Virus record (IMG/VR): IMGVR_UViG_3300045988_169015
Location: 1-64,000 of that record
DNA from: a virus
Strand: one strand, 5' to 3'
DNA length: 64,000 bases
Shown here: one piece after another, positions 62,991-64,000 of the stretch
Numbering within the stretch: position 1 is the stretch's first letter
Layout of the letters: each line of letters opens with the position of its first letter
Translations under genes and position numbers: made by a program
Notes under the pieces: model-generated
The model's input: the letters and a program-made list of their open reading frames with translations, nothing else
The model's database searches: none
Told to the model about the DNA's origin: nothing

Positions 62991-64000
62991 CATACAAAAT
63001 ATTTATAGCAGCGTTTATATCTCTGTCGTGACGTGTATTACAACAAGGACAAGTCCACTCTCTTACAGATAAATCCTTAGTTTCCTTATTAATATACCCA
63101 CATACACTACAAGTCTGACTACTTGGAAAGTAAGTATCAATCTTGATATACTGTCTACCATTCCAGTGAACCTTGTACTGTAACTGCCTTGTAAGTTCAT
63201 ACCAACTACAATCAGAAATACTCTTTGCAAGATTATGATTTTTAACCATATTGCTAATTTTTAAGTCCTCACTCACTATCAGTTGGTTTTCCTGAATTAG
63301 TTTGTGAGAAATTTTATGCAAATTATCAACACGGATATTTGTTATCTTCTCATACAGTCTTGCGACTTTAATACGCTGTTTGTTCCTATTATTGCTACCC
63401 TTTGTCTTTTTAGCAAGTTTTCTTTGCTCCTTTGCAAGTTTCTTTTCATACTTGTAAAGAGTTTTGGAGTTTTCAAACTTTTCACCATCAGATGTGATGA
63501 CTAAATCCTTGATACCTAAATCAATACCAACCATAGCACCAGTAGACTTCATCTGAAAATTCTCACAATTTACAAGAATAGAAATAAAATACTTGCCACT
63601 TGGCGTTTGAGATAAAGTTGCAGATTTAATTATACCAACAAATACTCTATGAACTTTTGCTTTTACCCATTTAAGTTTTGGAAGCTTAATTCTGTTCTTC
63701 TCGAAATCAACCTCTATGTTGTTGTTTGTACTGTTAGTAGAATAAGATTTATGATTATTCTTCTTACTTTTGAATTTAGGATAACCAGAATGTTCTTTGA
63801 AAAATTTCTGATATGCGCTATCCATATTATAAACAGAATTAGTAAGAGCAAATTTGTCTACCTCTTTAAGCCATTCATATTCTTTTTTAAGAACTTGATT
63901 AACATAGTTGTTACAACCTATCTTGTTTATAGATTTCTTTTCTGCTTCATAAAGATTTTTCCTATAAGCAAGCGTCTGATTATAAACAAATCTACAACAA
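62962..64000 (-). CDS. tnpB: TnpB (IS605 OrfB) RNA-guided nuclease, N-terminus cut by window end
   Basis: The frame stays open to position 64000 (..[21 protein letters not shown].. upstream of the ORF-track Met). C-terminal [23 protein letters not shown] zinc finger/RuvC motif. Confidence 0.85.
   Translation of the reverse strand, partial: CCRFVYNQTLAYRKNLYEAEKKSINKIGCNNYVNQVLKKEYEWLKEVDKFALTNSVYNMDSAYQKFFKEHSGYPKFKSKKNNHKSYSTNSTNNNIEVDFEKNRIKLPKLKWVKAKVHRVFVGIIKSATLSQTPSGKYFISILVNCENFQMKSTGAMVGIDLGIKDLVITSDGEKFENSKTLYKYEKKLAKEQRKLAKKTKGSNNRNKQRIKVARLYEKITNIRVDNLHKISHKLIQENQLIVSEDLKISNMVKNHNLAKSISDCSWYELTRQLQYKVHWNGRQYIKIDTYFPSSQTCSVCGYINKETKDLSVREWTCPCCNTRHDRDINAAINILYEGLRLIKSA

Larger units (their letters stand above)
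62650..64000 (-). mobile_element. IS200/IS605-family element (tnpB part; left end outside window)
   Basis: tnpB plus a structured right end. Sampled lines are AT-rich compared with the neighbouring NAD cluster. Confidence 0.6.

Noticed and set aside
1-64000. Search for tRNA/tmRNA genes, a reverse transcriptase/DGR next to the fibre genes, an NMNAT gene and a CI-type repressor next to int
   Set aside because: I found no cloverleaf-like sequence, no YxDD reverse-transcriptase ORF, no (H/T)xGH nucleotidyltransferase ORF and no obvious repressor beside int. The absence of an NMNAT is used as evidence in the NAD finding, but all of these need confirmation with proper tools.

Overview
The window looks like most of a temperate tailed-phage genome from a low-GC Gram-positive host. 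The host is probably an anaerobe, because the phage carries a class III ribonucleotide reductase. All calls come from reading the ORF translations and the DNA by eye; no searches or alignments were run. Layout: (1) 348-4209 is a low-GC island on the minus strand. It carries a dynamin-like P-loop GTPase, a TIR-like (DUF1863/ThsB-type) protein coupled to a 4-TM protein, and a double zinc-ribbon protein, each preceded by its own sigma-A-like promoter. (2) 4203-17882 (+) holds the tape measure, tail/baseplate genes and collagen-like and lectin-like fibres. (3) 17896-20247 (+) is the lysis cassette: membrane protein, GH25+M15 endolysin, LL-H-type holin and an XhlA-like protein. (4) 20252-27419 holds a small HTH regulator and a second, separately promoted tail-fibre operon. 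(5) 27571-29477 holds a tyrosine integrase, an attP-like region full of GTGTGTC motifs, and an excisionase-like HTH. (6) 29509-62620 (-) is a long leftward early/replication/nucleotide-metabolism region. It encodes SPFH, Dut, NrdDG, a TARG1-like macrodomain, a polynucleotide kinase-phosphatase, a Gmk-like kinase, ThyX, a Crh-like HPr, an HD hydrolase, an NPPY methyltransferase, an ATP-dependent ligase, an ERCC4 nuclease, Pol III alpha, an HNH-AP2 endonuclease, a PD-(D/E)XK exonuclease, a primase, a DnaB-like helicase, an AAA recombinase-like ATPase and an SSB-like protein. (7) 57950-62315 (-) is an NAD+ cluster: nicotinamidase, Prs-like pyrophosphokinase, NAMPT-like transferase, HAD-like protein and NAD synthetase. 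(8) 62650-64000 is an IS200/IS605-type tnpB with its downstream omega-RNA region, cut by the window end. The two strongest candidates for new biology are the extended NARP1-like NAD+ reconstitution cluster and the TIR-like plus 4-TM pair, with its neighbouring stand-alone GTPase.
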